Part shown: in pieces, positions 25,652-40,735 of the stretch
Numbering within the stretch: position 1 is the first letter of the stretch
Layout: each line of letters opens with the position of its first letter
Assembly (NCBI GenBank): GCA_000934665.2
Contig: KZ538702.1
Location: 1 to 52,746 of the forward strand
Origin: Catajapyx aquilonaris
Taxonomy: Eukaryota
Direction: 5' to 3'
DNA: 52,746 nucleotides
The notes under the pieces: generated by a model
Told to the model about the DNA's origin: nothing
Database searches by the model: none
Seen by the model: the letters and a program-made list of their open reading frames with translations, nothing else
Translations under genes and position numbers: made by a program

Positions 25652-26221
25652 ATTCTCGAACCTATGTCATGCATTCATTGTTTTAAATTATATTATTTTT
25701 TATATCTGATGACGGTAAAAATTGGGCACTTTTGTGCTCTATATCCTAACAGATTCGGTCATTTGAAAAAAAGCCCTTGAAAAACAACAATATTAAATAT
25801 ACTTAACACGTAAACAAGCTCAAAACACTCATATCAACCCCTTGGTAAGAAATAAACAACGTATTTTGCCAAAGAAATATAAACTGGCATATCCAGCATG
25901 CGGAATAACGTTTCCATTTCCATGACATTTGGCATTCGAAACAAGCCGTAGGGCTTCTCGCAAAAAAGAGCCATTTTCTGTCATTAAATCAAATTCAGCA
26001 GTGGCAGTTCATACCGCAAGTATAGTTTCATCTCTGCTATAAATTATGTGCGTTATATTTTTTTGCCCGGAAACCGCAGAATAAGCTCCGGATGAATAGA
26101 GATTGCAACCTCCGGGAATTGAAGCGACCGATGGTCATTTTCTGCCCTGGACCCCGCAAAACATCACAAATTAACGTGGCTTTCAATTTGCGAAACATGT
26201 TCCCCCGCAAGGTTTAAAAGC

Positions 26222-26235
26222 GAGAGAGAGAGAGA

Positions 26236-26295
<60 letters not shown>

Positions 26296-26305
26296 ACACA
26301 CACAC
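26222..26305. repeat. (GA)n followed by short (AC)n microsatellite
   Basis: Directly visible. Confidence 0.96.
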
Positions 26306-28902
26306 CCTGTTGTATACTATAGTAGACCTCACTTTTGTCAAGCCAGAGTGTGTCAATCGGTCATGAAAAATGGGGCGCGTAGTAATTGGAGCAATCGGCG
26401 TACCCGAAAAGCCAGAGAAGCTGCTAGCAAGAAATAGCTCCTATTAACCCGGGCCATTAGCACAAAACCCCATTTCTTGCCCCGTGTTCTTGTTATTTGC
26501 GATGCAGGAACGGGTCCAATTGGGACATCACTTTCGCGGGCAGGTACACTATTCGACACCCTCTTCAAAACCTCAGAATAGGTGCTTTTTACACACTGAG
26601 ATGAAAATACTATTAAAATATCCACTTTTTAAAATACACGCGGAATATTTTGTTCAGAATATTCTCAGGACGAATCGTCACAAAATAAGTGCCAAACACA
26701 TATTTTACCCATGTTTACTATCCACATGTAGGGTGTGTGCCAGTTTAAATGCTTGTTTCCGTTAGTGACTTTTTAGCACTAAACTGCTATTATTAAGACG
26801 TTACTTTCATAGGAAATATCAGCTGCTATTATTAGGTGCATAAACTGACACTATTTCATGAAGCTATGGAGGAGGTTACCTGCTCAACAGCTGACCTCAT
26901 ATGCCAATGGGTCACTCGCAATCTATTGCAGTTCAAGGCCTGAGTGCATTGATTTCACTAAAACTAGCATTATTAGAAAGCTAGCTTTCATTAGCCATTT
27001 AGAGCGGAAAAAATATCCAACTGAAACAGGCCTTTCAATTTCACACACTGTAAAAGTTATATAATCTGCTCTTAGTTGTTACTAATCATTTTAGTAATGG
27101 TCATAAAAGAACCCTTTTCAAATTTATTCTGGCGCTGTTGATTTTCGAGAGACCACAGTTTCTTCATGGCATGAGGTCTAATTCGAACTGATCTATTCCA
27201 GCAGGGCTTAACTCAATTTGTGCGAAATTGCGGGATGGGCCATTATGGTTCGCAACGGCTCATTTATCACTGCACACTTTCAGTCAATGAATGAGGACTG
27301 ACGTGTAGGTATTTTTAAGCGGGAATTCTGGACACTGATCTCGGCCGCAGAGAGAGAATGCTCGGTTGAAAATGCTTGTGTGTATGTGTGTGATGGAATG
27401 CAGTAATATTTGGTTCCCCCCCTATTTATAGCACTGTTGCAAACTTCAGTTTAGACGTATGTGTACAGTACGATTCACATAAAACACACACGTAGGGCAA
27501 ATCAAATATTTTTGTTTGATATACGTAACTGGGAGCTTGACAGGAGCGTATATGTAACAAGATATGCATCAACGAAGGATTTGTTAAAAGACTGATTACC
27601 GTCGTAGGTGAGTGACAGGTTAATTTTAAATAGTGATTAGTTATGCTAAAATTAATGTGATGGATTTTAAAGGTGTCGTGTTGGCGTGCTACTTCATCGC
27701 CGATCAGAAATTGTCCATGCAATGACGTGTAATTTTACACTCGCTTTCCCAGATTCGTTGGATACAAGCCATACAGCGTAAAAATTCCCCTACCTAATTA
27801 ATTAGCCCATATTTGCGGGGTAGCAGCACTGACGTTTTGATTACCCACAATTTCATTGTCAACGTACGGATTACTTCATGCCATGGTCCATCATTCTGAA
27901 CAGCTGAAACCGGCTGAAACGAACCGAAAAAAAATAAAAAATGTTCCAATCAGTTCTTGGTCCAAAATTGCCCCACGTGCAAGTCGTCCCCACAACTTCC
28001 AAATTGGCTTCTCCAAGGGATATTCTCGTCCATGCATTGCTCTGGCAGTTGTCACTAGTTTGCAACCCCACCAACTCTCTCCATTCATTGACACTAGTCC
28101 TTTGGAGCGCTAGGCTATTCAAAACTCTCCAGACCCGCAGCCTATACGCATACCTGTTCCTTCTATACACATTCCAAACCAGCTCATTTGTATTCTCCGA
28201 GTGAGTTCGGATAAAGGAGAATCACTTCGTTGTTAACGTGGCAAGCTCCAAAATGAGCTNCCCCCCCCCCCAGAAAAAAATGGCAATGGGAAGAGGGTGC
28301 TATATGAAATAATAATGTTGGAAACCTCCATTTCACACTTCTCATTCGACGAGACAGGATTTTCACGTGTATATGCTGGGTTTAAATATGTCGACGCACC
28401 GCCTACGTGGGAAATTCGGCTCTCGCAGCACGGATTTTGCAAGCAGCTGCGATATTCGCGCCAAATGTTGTATCGAGCTTGCTATGAAGTCATAGCGCTT
28501 CTCGCCTGATAATCACAAAGCAGGCTGCGATCCATATGCAGCATAGTGGTTGACTGACGTATTGACGATTATGGGACGGACCTAACTGGCTGGACAGGTC
28601 ACAATCTGGCGTGATTTCACACGTCACGACAAGATACGTCATGCCCTTAGAGTTGTTTTTAGTCTTGGGCTAGCCAGCTATTTTTGGCAATTCTACCAAT
28701 AACGTTTGTATTTGTGGTGTAGGCCTACCTCGAGAGGTATGGCTACAGGGTGTTCCGGCAAGGACGAGCCAAAAGTAGCACTGGCTCTATGTTGACACTC
28801 AGCGGCAATCCTGGCAAACAGCAACACAGTATTTACCTGTAAAGGAGGCAGCCTTGACATTCATGTAATGGTAAATATTTTCCACTGTCGGAATGTCCTG
28901 TT

Positions 28903-29186
28903 GTAACTGGGTCAATATTAGCTAAAGGGTATGGTAATGAAAGTTATTTTCCAACCACAATATCCTGCATTCTGCGGTAATTCCGCGAAATTTCTTTTAC
29001 ATTAGTGTAAGGTGTAACACTGTACCTAAAACACAATTATATTACTAAGTTATTTACGTTTTATTTATTTTGTTTACCCAGTGATAAAGCAGTGCTCTCT
29101 TGGGGGTAGGGGGGGGGAGATTATATTTTACTATTTACTACACAGGGACAACATATTATACCTTTACAGAATATTGACCCAATTAC
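28903..29186. mobile_element. Degenerate MITE-like inverted-repeat element
   Basis: gtaactgggtcaatattagctaaagggtat versus atacctttacagaatattgacccaattac. True termini and TSD not resolved. Confidence 0.45.
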
Positions 29187-30060
29187 GCGGTAACTATTGG
29201 GTGCCTTCAGGCATATACCACGTCCCAGGCAGGTGATTGTGAGAGACCGGGCCTTGAAGTTTGTTTACAATGGAAAATCCTATGCTATGGGTTGGATCAT
29301 TGGTCGCCAGGGAGCAATCTTCCTCCGATCCAGCCCAGATCTATTTTTTAGAGGGAAGTTTGGACCTTAGTCTGTACCTTATGGAACAGCTGTAGTGGGG
29401 CTTGGTTTCCTTGTACTGTAAATTATCCATCTCACTGGAGCTCCATCGTCAAATTGCAGAAGTACCGTATACCGTAGAAGCTAGAAGGCCTATGCAGATT
29501 AAAGAAAGTTTATATGGATCGCAGTTGCTGAACTTTAAAACTAACACTGGTTTTTAACCCAGTAGTGCAGAAATTCATACAATTTAATTTTAATTTTAAT
29601 TTGGGAAACTTGCTAGGCAAAAGCTTTAATCATAACATGATGAAGGTAAACAGCGTTTTGAGAGGATAATCCCCACAAATGCTGTTGCTATGGAAGGAAT
29701 TGAAGGCAATATGGAGTAATTATGAGATAATTGAGAACAGGCGTAGACTGGGTCTTCATTGCTGTTGCATAATGAAGCAGCTTTCTCCTCATATTAAGCA
29801 GAGAAGCATACTCTTATATACTGATACTGTACAACGCCATCTAAGTTATATCATTCGATCCTATACTTATTTCCAAAAGATCGGAGGAACACCAAATCGA
29901 TGTTTTTTGCTGTCAAACCCCTTCAACTATAGTGCCTTTGGTCCACTCCATTTCTTTCCACAATGTATAGTGGTAATCATCGTTGCGCAGGGGACAAAAT
30001 TTATTTTTTCCTACGTAGGCAACACTGCAATTCATGAGCAGGTATGCGACAAACTACATA

Positions 30061-30222
30061 CAATCCGTTAAACCAAAGAACGATCTGACGCCACTTTCAG
30101 TCCGCCTCCACCCGGCTCTTCCCTTCAATCACGTCCCCGAATCGCTCTGCAAACACACTACTGCGCATCCTCAGAAAACACGGCTGTTGTGACGTCAGAT
30201 CGTTCTTTGGTGTAAAGGACTG
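30061..30222. mobile_element. TA-flanked MITE (162 bp, Tc1/mariner-type)
   Basis: 34-bp TIR caatccgttaaaccaaagaacgatctgacgccac / gtgacgtcagatcgttctttggtgtaaaggactg, with TA on both sides. Confidence 0.85.
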
Positions 30223-32438
30223 TATGCTATGTACATTCTTCTAGTCTAGAGCTACCACGCATATTTTTGCAATCCGAAATAGACCCTTATCTTGAACGTC
30301 CATGCCTCTGCAACGTACAAAACGTCAGCAGCGGTGCCGAATAATTTGACTGCCAGACCGTCACCCCCAACACGCCGTCATCCACTCTTAACTCTTGCAG
30401 GAAATTACACCTCGAAATATTATCGCCCTTTGCGAACGTTTCCAGTTGCGCCCAAGAATGCGCTTTTATCTGTACAAGGTTTGGATGCAAAACGGAACGA
30501 AAATCGAAAGATTTGGAAGTGCTGGCGACGAAGCTTCTCAACCCTTCCATACTATACTTGTACCAGACACACACACACATACTTGCAATCTTCAAGTGCT
30601 TGAAGCAAGATCGGAGTCGAAATTCATTAGCGCTTATCTGAGATGCTCGTATAGAAGCTCGCAATTTGACAGAGTATGGCGGGCAAAGTGTTGGCTATCT
30701 GCACTGCACTACAGAGTGTAGGCACAACACTTTTTCAACATCTACTTGAAGAGTTGTTACAGCTTGCACCTCTTTGGACTAGCATATGAGATGGGGAAGA
30801 TGAAAAAGAAAAAAAAAATCAAAAGAGATTTAGATCAGGAAATGGCTGGGCGCATACGATAATGAAACTTCGCTATGTTATCCACGGGGGGTACTGTAAA
30901 TTACTAAGAACGTTCGTTTCACACGATGAGAATCTATAATTGGATAGAAGGAACTGGGCATGTGTAATGCAAGTGACTATTTTAGTGTTTCGTATCTAAA
31001 CTATACTGTATCCTGACAGTATTTACATATCCGCCTGAAAGTTTTACTAGCTGTAACTGGCTGCTTGACATTAAGTACCGGTATGTTTTTTGTATTCATA
31101 TCGGAAAAGAAGTGTCAGCTGTGAGAATAAAAAACCCGTATAATATTCACCCATTCCTTTTTCAAAACGAACCATCTTTGGCAGTAATCCAATATATTCG
31201 CTAATAAATTTATGGGCATAATAATCTTAATATGACTCCAGTGACTTTATTTCCCAACTTCTTCTGGATGTGATTTTTTTTCCCCATAATATAGTCTACA
31301 TAAAGCACTGCTCGAAACTTTTGAGGTAAGGTTCAGGCATTCCCTTCGGAATACATTCCTTCTCTATAAAGCAATGAGGTAAAACTCTATACGCATTCAT
31401 ACAGTATTTTTCTATTGTATAATATTAAAGGCATATGATTAGAAATAGCCTACTATCTTGTGTATGATCGAGCCAGGCTCAAACATAGAATCGACCCGTT
31501 GCAATCACCTGATTGGTTTGTCCAGAACGGGTTAGCCACTTGAAGACCTACTGGAATTTCTTGATTTCCGTGTTTGTCGTGTGCAAGACCAATCTTTTTC
31601 TGACGAACTTACGACCGATTTGCTTGGGGCCGACCCCAAAACTTTGAGGGAGGGGGATAGAAAGTTACGTTATTAAGGTGTTGTCCGGTGTAGAAAAAGA
31701 ACGTAAAAGCATGCGAAGGAAGAATTAGCCGAATATCACGAACCCCCCTTTTTTTGCGTGTGTTTGAGCTGGTCAAAGAGTGATGTTCTTGCAAAGAGAA
31801 GGCGGATCAAAAGAGCATGCACTGTGCATTGGTCCATGCATAAATCCACACAAAAAAAAATCCTCTTTATGTATACCACCGCATAAAACAATTATCCCTA
31901 GTCTATAGGTCACTCCAAAATGGATAACTGACGGGACAACACTTTTGTGGTGCACTGTATGCCCATCTGAGCCAAGCAAAATCAGCTTATTATTTTTTTC
32001 AACCGTGTGTGCAGTTCATAATTCCTTCTGTCATCATTTGCCTCCTGGGATTAATTTTGAAATTTCAGCTCCTTTATCGCTGCCTGGCAGATTTGGTACC
32101 CCGGTACGAACTGGCTGGAAATCTGCCCAACTATTCACATAATCATGTGAGATGTCTTGAGCGCCCCCCGGTCGATATACACAAAATTCCACAGCTTTTT
32201 ACGCGCTCTTTGGCAGACTCCTTTTTCTTTACTCCTAAACCGAATTCCAGCTGGAAAGTCGAGATACATTTTCCTTTGAGGACAAGGTGCGCACACTTTT
32301 TTTTTGGGACCCTCCTAAAGTCTTTTTCCTTGACGTTGTAGCTCGCAATTGAATTCAGATCGGCTAGAAGATTGCCGCCCTGTTGCTGTGAAATGAACTG
32401 AACTTTACAAAAAAAAAAGTGGGAGTAAGCGTGTAAGA

Positions 32439-32464
32439 TGACCTGTGACCTTTGAAGGGGGTCA
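32439..32464 (-). promoter_or_regulatory. Candidate nuclear-receptor response element (perfect DR1 plus an inverted half-site)
   Basis: TGACCT-g-TGACCT (AGGTCAcAGGTCA on minus) at 32439-32451 and GGGTCA at 32459-32464. Function is inferred only. Confidence 0.4.
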
Positions 32465-35400
32465 ATGGCAGAAAGAAAATAGGAAGGGAGTTCCTTTCAC
32501 ACTGATTGAAAGTCTGCTGAGAGGCGGAGTGGGCACTGGTCGATAAAAGCTGGATTTATATAGCCACTTGCACTTTGGCCGCCATTAGAAAGTCAGATGG
32601 CGAATTTGTGCCACTGCCACACCTGGTCAACGACCTTTATCTTCCAAAACATGCACAAAAGTTTGACAAATCGACAAAATGTCTACAGGTTCAAATCAAG
32701 GACAAGCTTGCATATTTCCGAACCTCCAACGACAAGGCGGAAACAGAAGTTGGCCAATTTTTTTACATCTGTTGTATAGACAGACCCTTTCTACCTCCCC
32801 CTATACACCATACCCCCAGAGTAGGTCTCCCCACAACCCTTCCCTCCCCTCCACAGGCCACGGTTAGCTCACGGGAGAGGATCGATGTCTTTCAGAGCAC
32901 GTTCCACAAGCTCCCTCCATGCTTTCCTAGCTCCCCAACTGTCGTGACTTTCCTATAGTTTCGCTCCACTAGACTTGCCTACTGTCCCACATGCATTTCC
33001 TCAAACCATGACCTGTCTTGTATACTAGTTTGTCATGCCCAACCGAGTCAGAGGTGCCCAACGGAGTACTGCTCCACAAGTGTTGCCAGGTGAGGTAGTA
33101 CCGCGCCATCTAAGCTGAGCAAGGAAATGTTTCGACAAGTTTTCATTCGTGCACATTGCGCGAGCACCTGGCAACTCTTGCCAATGCCAAGAGGCAGACA
33201 AGTGCCCATCTAACACGATTTGTCAGTGTGAAAGGGAGTAAAACGTTGGCAGGAAATTGGCTTTAGCATCCCGAAGCAAAAGCGGGGATGAATCGTCGTC
33301 CCGAGGCGACGCTTCCTAATAGGCTTCAAATAGAGCAGTTGAAATGGTGCAGGTCCCGTGACAACGAGGTGGCAAACTCAGTTTGGCATGTGATTGCAAT
33401 GATAAGGGTGACATCATTACCCGCACCGCTTCTCTCGTCTTCGAACAGGCAGCTTGGCAATGAAATTAAACCTGCCCATCGTCTTCTCTGGCTCAAGTCC
33501 CCTATTGTGCCATGTCATCATTCGCCCTCCAGACACTTCGCTATGGTACACTGTAAGGGATCAGTCTACCCTTCAGGCCAGTACAGATTGCTTTTTTTTG
33601 TTGATATTACACTATACAAGTTGACACACCATCGAGTCAAGATTGTGCAGTAACGTGTTGCAAGATGGCATCAGGACACCTTTCGTTCGACAGAGAGCTA
33701 AATATAATAATAAGTTTCCGGGGGGGAAATCTCTAGCCTGAGAGCAAGGTTAGGTATTTCTTTTGTCTCGACTCTGAGATCCTTTTTTTGGAAGGATCCG
33801 AGGTGGAGATAAAAATTATGTAAATGTAAGTAGTGCGGACAGGTACTTATTCCTTTAAGACCCGGAAACCGTTGCCGCGGGATTAATTATTCCTTCATCA
33901 AAAGCAGACGCTCTCGCTCATCATAGAAGTGCACCAGAAGAAAGCGAAGCTTCCGTAGTTTCTCTCAGAGTAGGCTATATAGGCTTCAAAAGAAAATGTG
34001 CTCGACCGAAAGAAGTTCTTCCATGCATGCTGCTAGGGGTGGGTGGGTGGGCGGGGGTTGGTGAGTTGTGTCTTTTTCAATCTGGCCTCGTCCTTACGAG
34101 CACAAGGGCTCCAATGTTACTCCAGCTGCTGGGGTGGCCAAGGCAAGCCTTAGAGATGTTACATAATTCAGAGAGGGTATGCCAACTAGATGCGCTGCCT
34201 GTGATTTTATTTCCAAGAACGGTTTAAAATTAATTTATCACTAAACAGATGATACTATATGTGTGGGACGACCAACTCGGTCTTTTTTCTACATTTTAAT
34301 GGTAGCCGAGCTCACTTGCTTTGATAATGGTAGAAAGGGCTTTCCGTATTCTGAAAGGGACCTCTACAGTACATTTCATCTGCAATCCAGTGGAAGGACT
34401 CTGCATTATGTAAGTTTCAATAGAGAGGTCTCTACTTTGAATGTAAAAGATAGCAGATGTAACTCTCTTCTGGCCATATAACTTATCTCTGCTACCCAGG
34501 TGGCTATTTTCAGTATCCAATAGCCTCTGGAAAGGCAATATCTGTTAGTTAGTACCATACAGTAGCCATATGCACTCCCTTATTTAAAAAATAAATAAAA
34601 CATCGGCTAATCCTGCTTTGTGTAAATGTTATTTTTCACTAATTTAATATCACATTGCAGTTTCTTCACGAAATCATCGCTAGATATAAGAAAACTATTT
34701 TAGAAAATATTATTTAATTCCAGGAATTCAGTAACCTGTTCAGCGGTAGGGGTACGTGAAGCACTATTGTTAGTTCCGTATAGTTCAGAAGTCAGAAAAA
34801 GAGGTTGCGTGAAAACAGTGCTTGGCACTTGTGCTCGATAGCGCAGCTAACTGATTGTCCTCCCCCAACTCCCACTGGTGTCACACGATAAGGTCAGCTG
34901 CGCAGGCAGAATTTAGTTACTCCATCGTTTAATCGATGAGGTAATTCCACCGAGAATATTATACAGGCTGGGTATAGTGATTACATCTAGGGTAACCCCC
35001 TATGAATTTTATTGGAGAGACCGGTACTAGTAAGAGGGGAAAAGAGAGAGATAGACAATGCCGGTAGTAGATAGGTCATCGGCACTAGGTGTAGAATCGG
35101 CCAATGTTATTCTGGTGGCACCGGATTTTGTGAGGTGGATCCACTCTGTTGGGAACCTTCCAAGTAGACGCGCCCAAATGACACTTTTGTACGTGTGTCT
35201 GTGTGAGCGGGATGAAAGTGTGAAGCGCTAGACATGCCGACCACTTCGTCATTTTTCATTCCCTTGGGGGGCCTGGGGAGGCGATCATTGTTGTCAACAT
35301 AAATTTTGTAACGATCGCAGGGGGGTCACGCCATTTGGGTTATTCGAACGACTTTGAAATTTAAGAACCGGTATGGTAATCCATAGTTTTCATCGGCTAC

Positions 35401-38400
35401 CACATTTGTTTCCGCTATATTAGCTAAGCTGTGGACTGGTTCAAAATGAAGTTGTTATATGCATTGTGCTCGGCATATGCTCGCATTATTGTAATTGAAA
35501 AAAAATACATAACAACTTCAGTCACAGTTGGAGTGTTAGTAAATTCTATCAGTTTTAAAATCATAAATTTTGGTCAATATTTTTGCAAGTATGTAGTGTC
35601 CTATCTGCTATTGCTTTAAAATATTGGAAGCATAAACTGGTTATACATCCATAGGGCATTGGTGCATGTGGCACTGAAAAACCTGGGCGGATTTGAAAAC
35701 AAACTCAGTGCACCGTTACACGAGGATTTAAGGATAATTATTACTCAGCTAAGTGAGCAAGGAACGAAGTAATAAAAGGTTCATAGTGCTAGGTTTTTTC
35801 CTGCTCTCGACCTAGATGCACAACACAAGCTTCAAAAACAGGCATTAAATAAGACCGATTTTCATCAGGAAAGCCAATACGAGTCCTGGAGGCTTAAAAG
35901 GCAGTCAATAGTGAAATTTTCCTATCCATAAACGGTTCGTCGTCGTCATTAGTTCCAGGTGGAGGATCAGGGTGGATTAAAGATTGTCAATCGAAATCGA
36001 GGCGTAGTCGTCTAAAAATCTACCAGATAGATCCCAAAGCGAAGAATCGAAAGTGTACGGACAGAAGGGATTTCTTCCGTCAGATAATTTCTCTCCGGAT
36101 ATTCTGCCAGCACGTTCGATTCCGGCCAGACTGAAAAAAATGGGTCTGCCCCGAAGACCCCTTGGTTCATGTAATATGGAACCGTGTGAATCAATCAATC
36201 GTTGTCGCCATTCTGAGCGTGAAGTGTAAAAAAAAACCCATCTGAGTCCCTAATCCTGCGGGATTCCCATATCTCCGGAAGCAATGCACGTACACGAGCG
36301 CAATGAGACCTGAAAATCCCAAGCCCAACAGAATCAAAGAGGATCCTATAAAAGAGTTGCCGGCATCTGCATGTTGACACAACAAGTGACAGGGGCTTTT
36401 CCCCTCTTGCACTATATACGTATCCACTTGTGCATCTGAGAGCACGTGAGTTATTTCATGCGATTTCAAGTCGGGCAGTGGCGAATGTGGTAAACATTTG
36501 AGACCATAACTCTTGTGGGTTATGGGGAATAGGAGATTTGGCCTCTTGCCCTTGGGTAAGGGTATGATGAATTAACGAAAAGAGGGGGGCTCCCATCTTG
36601 TCGAGGCATCGCAGCAGCAACACAGGGCTTCACTTGCTCTCTATTTTGGGATGCCATATTTGCGCCAACCCCTGAGCTATTTTTGGAGAACGTGTTGGAG
36701 GGCCTTAAAACCCGCCAGTCGCCACTGTATAACTGCCTGTTTTGCTGATCTTTTTGGTGGGCTGAACAATTTTTTTGTGATGGTATAAACAATGGTTTGG
36801 CAATTTATCAGAATCTTGCATCCTGCTCAAAGATCATCAGCATCAACTTTATTACTACTGCCGGTACATATAAAAGTACCACGAGGTCGTAACTATCTGA
36901 TCGGACACACCACAATGACAGAAAGTTAACAATCATATATTTGGCAGAAATCTTTCCCATGATCCGTATGGTGATCGGTAAACTTGTACGAAAATGGGAA
37001 AAAAAAACTCGATTCAACTTGAAAACGCGGTGCTTCTGAATCCAAATTGAAAATCCCCAGCTTTGGAAGCGATTGCCGATTCATGTTTCCTTAACAGCCC
37101 AAGCAGCTTAAGCAGGAAAAGTATTTGAGTAGGTGTATTTGAAATACGGTATAATATTACTGGGATGTGAAGCTCAGTCGAAATACTACGCCACAATTAT
37201 AGGCTACATATACAGTACATCCCGCGGGGCATACTGTTACGGCACGTGCAGTCATACTCACGTATAGAGATGAAAAGACTGTCGAATGCTGGGACCATGT
37301 CCACTTGACGAACAGTTTCACACAGTCGAGGTAATAAGCTTACCAACTTAATCGGCTTCAAAATTTTCCAGTGAATTTTAGGGTGTATTCAATGAGGCCA
37401 TCGGAACCAAATTGGCTACTGAGGTCTGGAGTAGACTCTATGGACCTGGTCCATAGAAACAAATGCAAATCTGTGGCAGTTTACATGGTGCTTCTGATTA
37501 CGGAACTTGTAGAGTGCACTCTTGGTCAGCAGTGGTTCACTTTCTGTATAGGATGTCATTTGGTGTCTACAGCCACGTTGCAGAGATAAATAGCATTAAA
37601 CAAGGAGTGAATTATTATACTATCTAATGAGATCGCACTCTTTAATCCAAATTCATGGTAACACTTTAAAAATAAATTAGTGGTATGGAGGGACTCATGC
37701 GGGCCTGCTATTATGTATTCTTTGAGATTAAAGCCAATTATTTTTGTGAAGAGGCTGCGGATCGCAAAATAATGGCATGTCTTCATGGAGTGGTCTGCAA
37801 GAGTTTGCCATAATGGTTTGTCGGAATCATCATGAAACACTCTCTATATATACGTCGCGTGTGATGGAGGAAAATGATTAAGGATTAAATAGGCGGTATC
37901 CCTCCATTAAACGGCCCCATACATTAATGTGCAGCATTTATTAGGCATTGAACTTTCTAATAAAGTTATTATGAGACTCATTTTTTTATGTCTCACCTTT
38001 GCCAAACCGGAAGGCACAAATAGTAGATTGGTTAGCAATATAATTATGCTGCCTAAGAGTGGCAAACATATCCGTTATGGTATTTTCCCATGTAGAACTG
38101 GTGGGTCCAATATGATATAGACATCCTTTTTCTGCTAACAACTTTTTTGCCTTGGCATATAACAACCGAACCCCGGTTGGTTATATCAGAGTTGCTGGAT
38201 TCAGAAAATATATCTTCGTTGCAAATGCTGGTCGTTTTCCGTTTTTGAAGGAGGAAAAATTATTTCCCACAACGTTGTCCTCATTTCCACACAAAAGGAA
38301 ATTGAGAACAGTAAAGTATACCTGTATACCTTTTATAGGGAACCCCGACAGTAATATCTGAGGTAATGAATGTATTTACGGTACATTACATCAGTAGTAT

Positions 38401-40429
38401 ATCCGCAAATAAATTAACGCTACAATGCGCAGCAAGGACTTCAGCAGGTTTCTGGATTCAGCGAGACTTTCTACCTCTGCGGTGCTCATAAGTTGGATCC
38501 CCTGAGCGGACAGAGAATTTCCCAAGTGGAAAGAATTTTGATGGGTTCTCGGCTGTGTAGAAAGGGTTATCTCAGAATGCCCCGAGTTTCTCACACACTA
38601 CAGTAAGAAATATTTGACAAACCGACTTAATTAAATTAGTAATCCATCATGAGTCAGCACAGGGATGGTGGTAAACGATCACGAGGGATCTACTGTATGC
38701 TCAGATATATAATTGGGTCTGTCCATTGGCCACGACAATATTAATTATAACGGGAACCTACGAACGTCGTACCAGGAGCTAGCCCATTCAGATACCTATT
38801 GAACCAAACTTACTGCATTTATGGATGTCATCAAACGTATAATTATCGCTTTTGTGATTTCATTATTGTTAGCTATTAATCACCATTAACCTGTGCTATG
38901 CTGTGTGGAAACGATCCTTTCGTTGCAATCTGAACATAATTACGAATCGATTTTAAACCCCTCCACCCCTCGTGCATACCGCATATTCCCTAGGAAAACA
39001 TTCCGTTACGTACTTAGCAAGACTCGGAACTCTGGCGTCTGATTTCGGATTCCAATTTTCCAAAGTTTTCGGGAAGCGAAGGTGATTGGGGTGCACCCCC
39101 ACGCGCTCCTAAACCTCCTCCCTTGGAGCTGATTCACATCATCGCAGTCCCAGGAACGAATGTTGCCTCTCCTCTGAATGAAAGTTTCCGATATCTCCAG
39201 GGAGAAAAGTCTTTAAAGGAGTAATGGAATTTTTCGTCCACGAAGTTTTACTCCTTTTTTCCGACACCGCGCGTAGTAATGAGGGCAGAGGTTGGAGGTA
39301 AAAAAAAAAAATGATTTTCTTGTCACAACAGTAACAACATCATACAAACTCTTGTTTTTCATGCATGTCAAACATTGTCCTCATCAAACGAGGGTAGAGT
39401 GGTAATAACATTAAGCCCTCCCCCTCTAAGCGCTCATGTCCTGTGGCGCCGAGGTGAATAAGGACAACAGGTTTGTTCTGGGACACACGGTATATGCAAA
39501 CGAGAAAGCTAGCCCCCCCCCCCCATGCAATCACTCTAATTATTATGCGCAAATAATCCTCTTAATTTTCTCATGCGAATGCTATTTCTGCCACCTGAAG
39601 CACTCTTGCATTTTGCCAGCCCTCTAGAAAAAAGGTTCCAGCCATTTCCACGAATTGGACGGAGAAAGTGGATTTTTCCAAATAAATGAGGGCCGTATTT
39701 CAACAAAAAAAAAATATTTAAATCTCAAGTGCAAGCGACATATGACATTACTTTGAGAAAAAGTGCGAATGAGGAAAAAAAAACAGCATGCATTTGATAA
39801 GCAGAAAAGAAAAAGCGAACTCTAGGCTCTCAAGTCGTACTAATTGAAGCATGGCCACCTCTCCGTATGTAATTAAGCCCGTCGCAATCACTGATCCGTA
39901 AGGAAAACACGCCAGAGTGCGAATTCCTTTGTGGACACGGAGCACTCACTTGGACCAATCCTCATTAGGCAGTTTGCACGCTAATGAAGACTACATATTC
40001 GACTAAATAAATTTTTTTTCACTAAAATCCTCTCCCAGCTTTGCTACTGCATACCCTAGGACTAGAGAGGCGTATAAGAGCGCCCAGGCTGGAAAATGCA
40101 ATTTAAAGTTTGGAAGGTCATGTTGTTGACAAGTAATGAGGATACTGGAATGTCAAGGGTGAGCAGTGGATATTCTTTATTATTCCGAATTGGAACAAGG
40201 CCCGGAGAGCAGTTGACTATCTGGCGCCCGGTGTCTTGCTATTGATTCCGCGTCTCCACACGATCTGTAGCGGTGCATGTGATTTCTAGAAGTAGTGGTG
40301 AAGTGACAACCCTGCCCGAATAGCCCTCGCCCAATCGTTTGAATTGGCGGGCCATGTGCTGATTGTGCGATGCGCCACAGTGTTGCCAATGTATAGGTGT
40401 CTAATCTTCTGGTTTGTTATTCTTTACAG

Positions 40430-40735
40430 GGGTGATTAACAGAGGTGATTCATTTAGACGACGTCGTTCTCGCAGCAACAGCCTGATTCCTCAAGCTGAT
40501 GGCGGTGCTATGTCCGATCTGTACGGCAACAGTGGCAAGTGTGACACTCCTCCACCGATACAGCCTCAAGCGCTAACTCCACTGGTACCTATCCGTGACA
40601 CGTGCGGACCAAGTGTCCGACTCAAGTTCGACACCTTCCAAGTGGCCATGATGGGAGCCCAGGGGGTAGGCAAGACAACGCTGATTAGCCAGTTCATGAC
40701 GTCCGAATGCATCAATGCTTACGATCGACAGCGCG
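40430..40735 (+). CDS. Rgk: RGK GTPase exon with G1/P-loop (GVINRGDSFRRRRSRSNSL...VAMMGAQGVGKTTLISQFMTSECINAYDRQR)
   Basis: Branch-like ctaat and a pyrimidine tract end in ttattctttacag|GG. The donor CGCG|gtaggt is at 40736 (phase 1). GxxxxGKT follows a hydrophobic beta strand and precedes the RGK-type QFMTSE..AYD. Confidence 0.93.
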
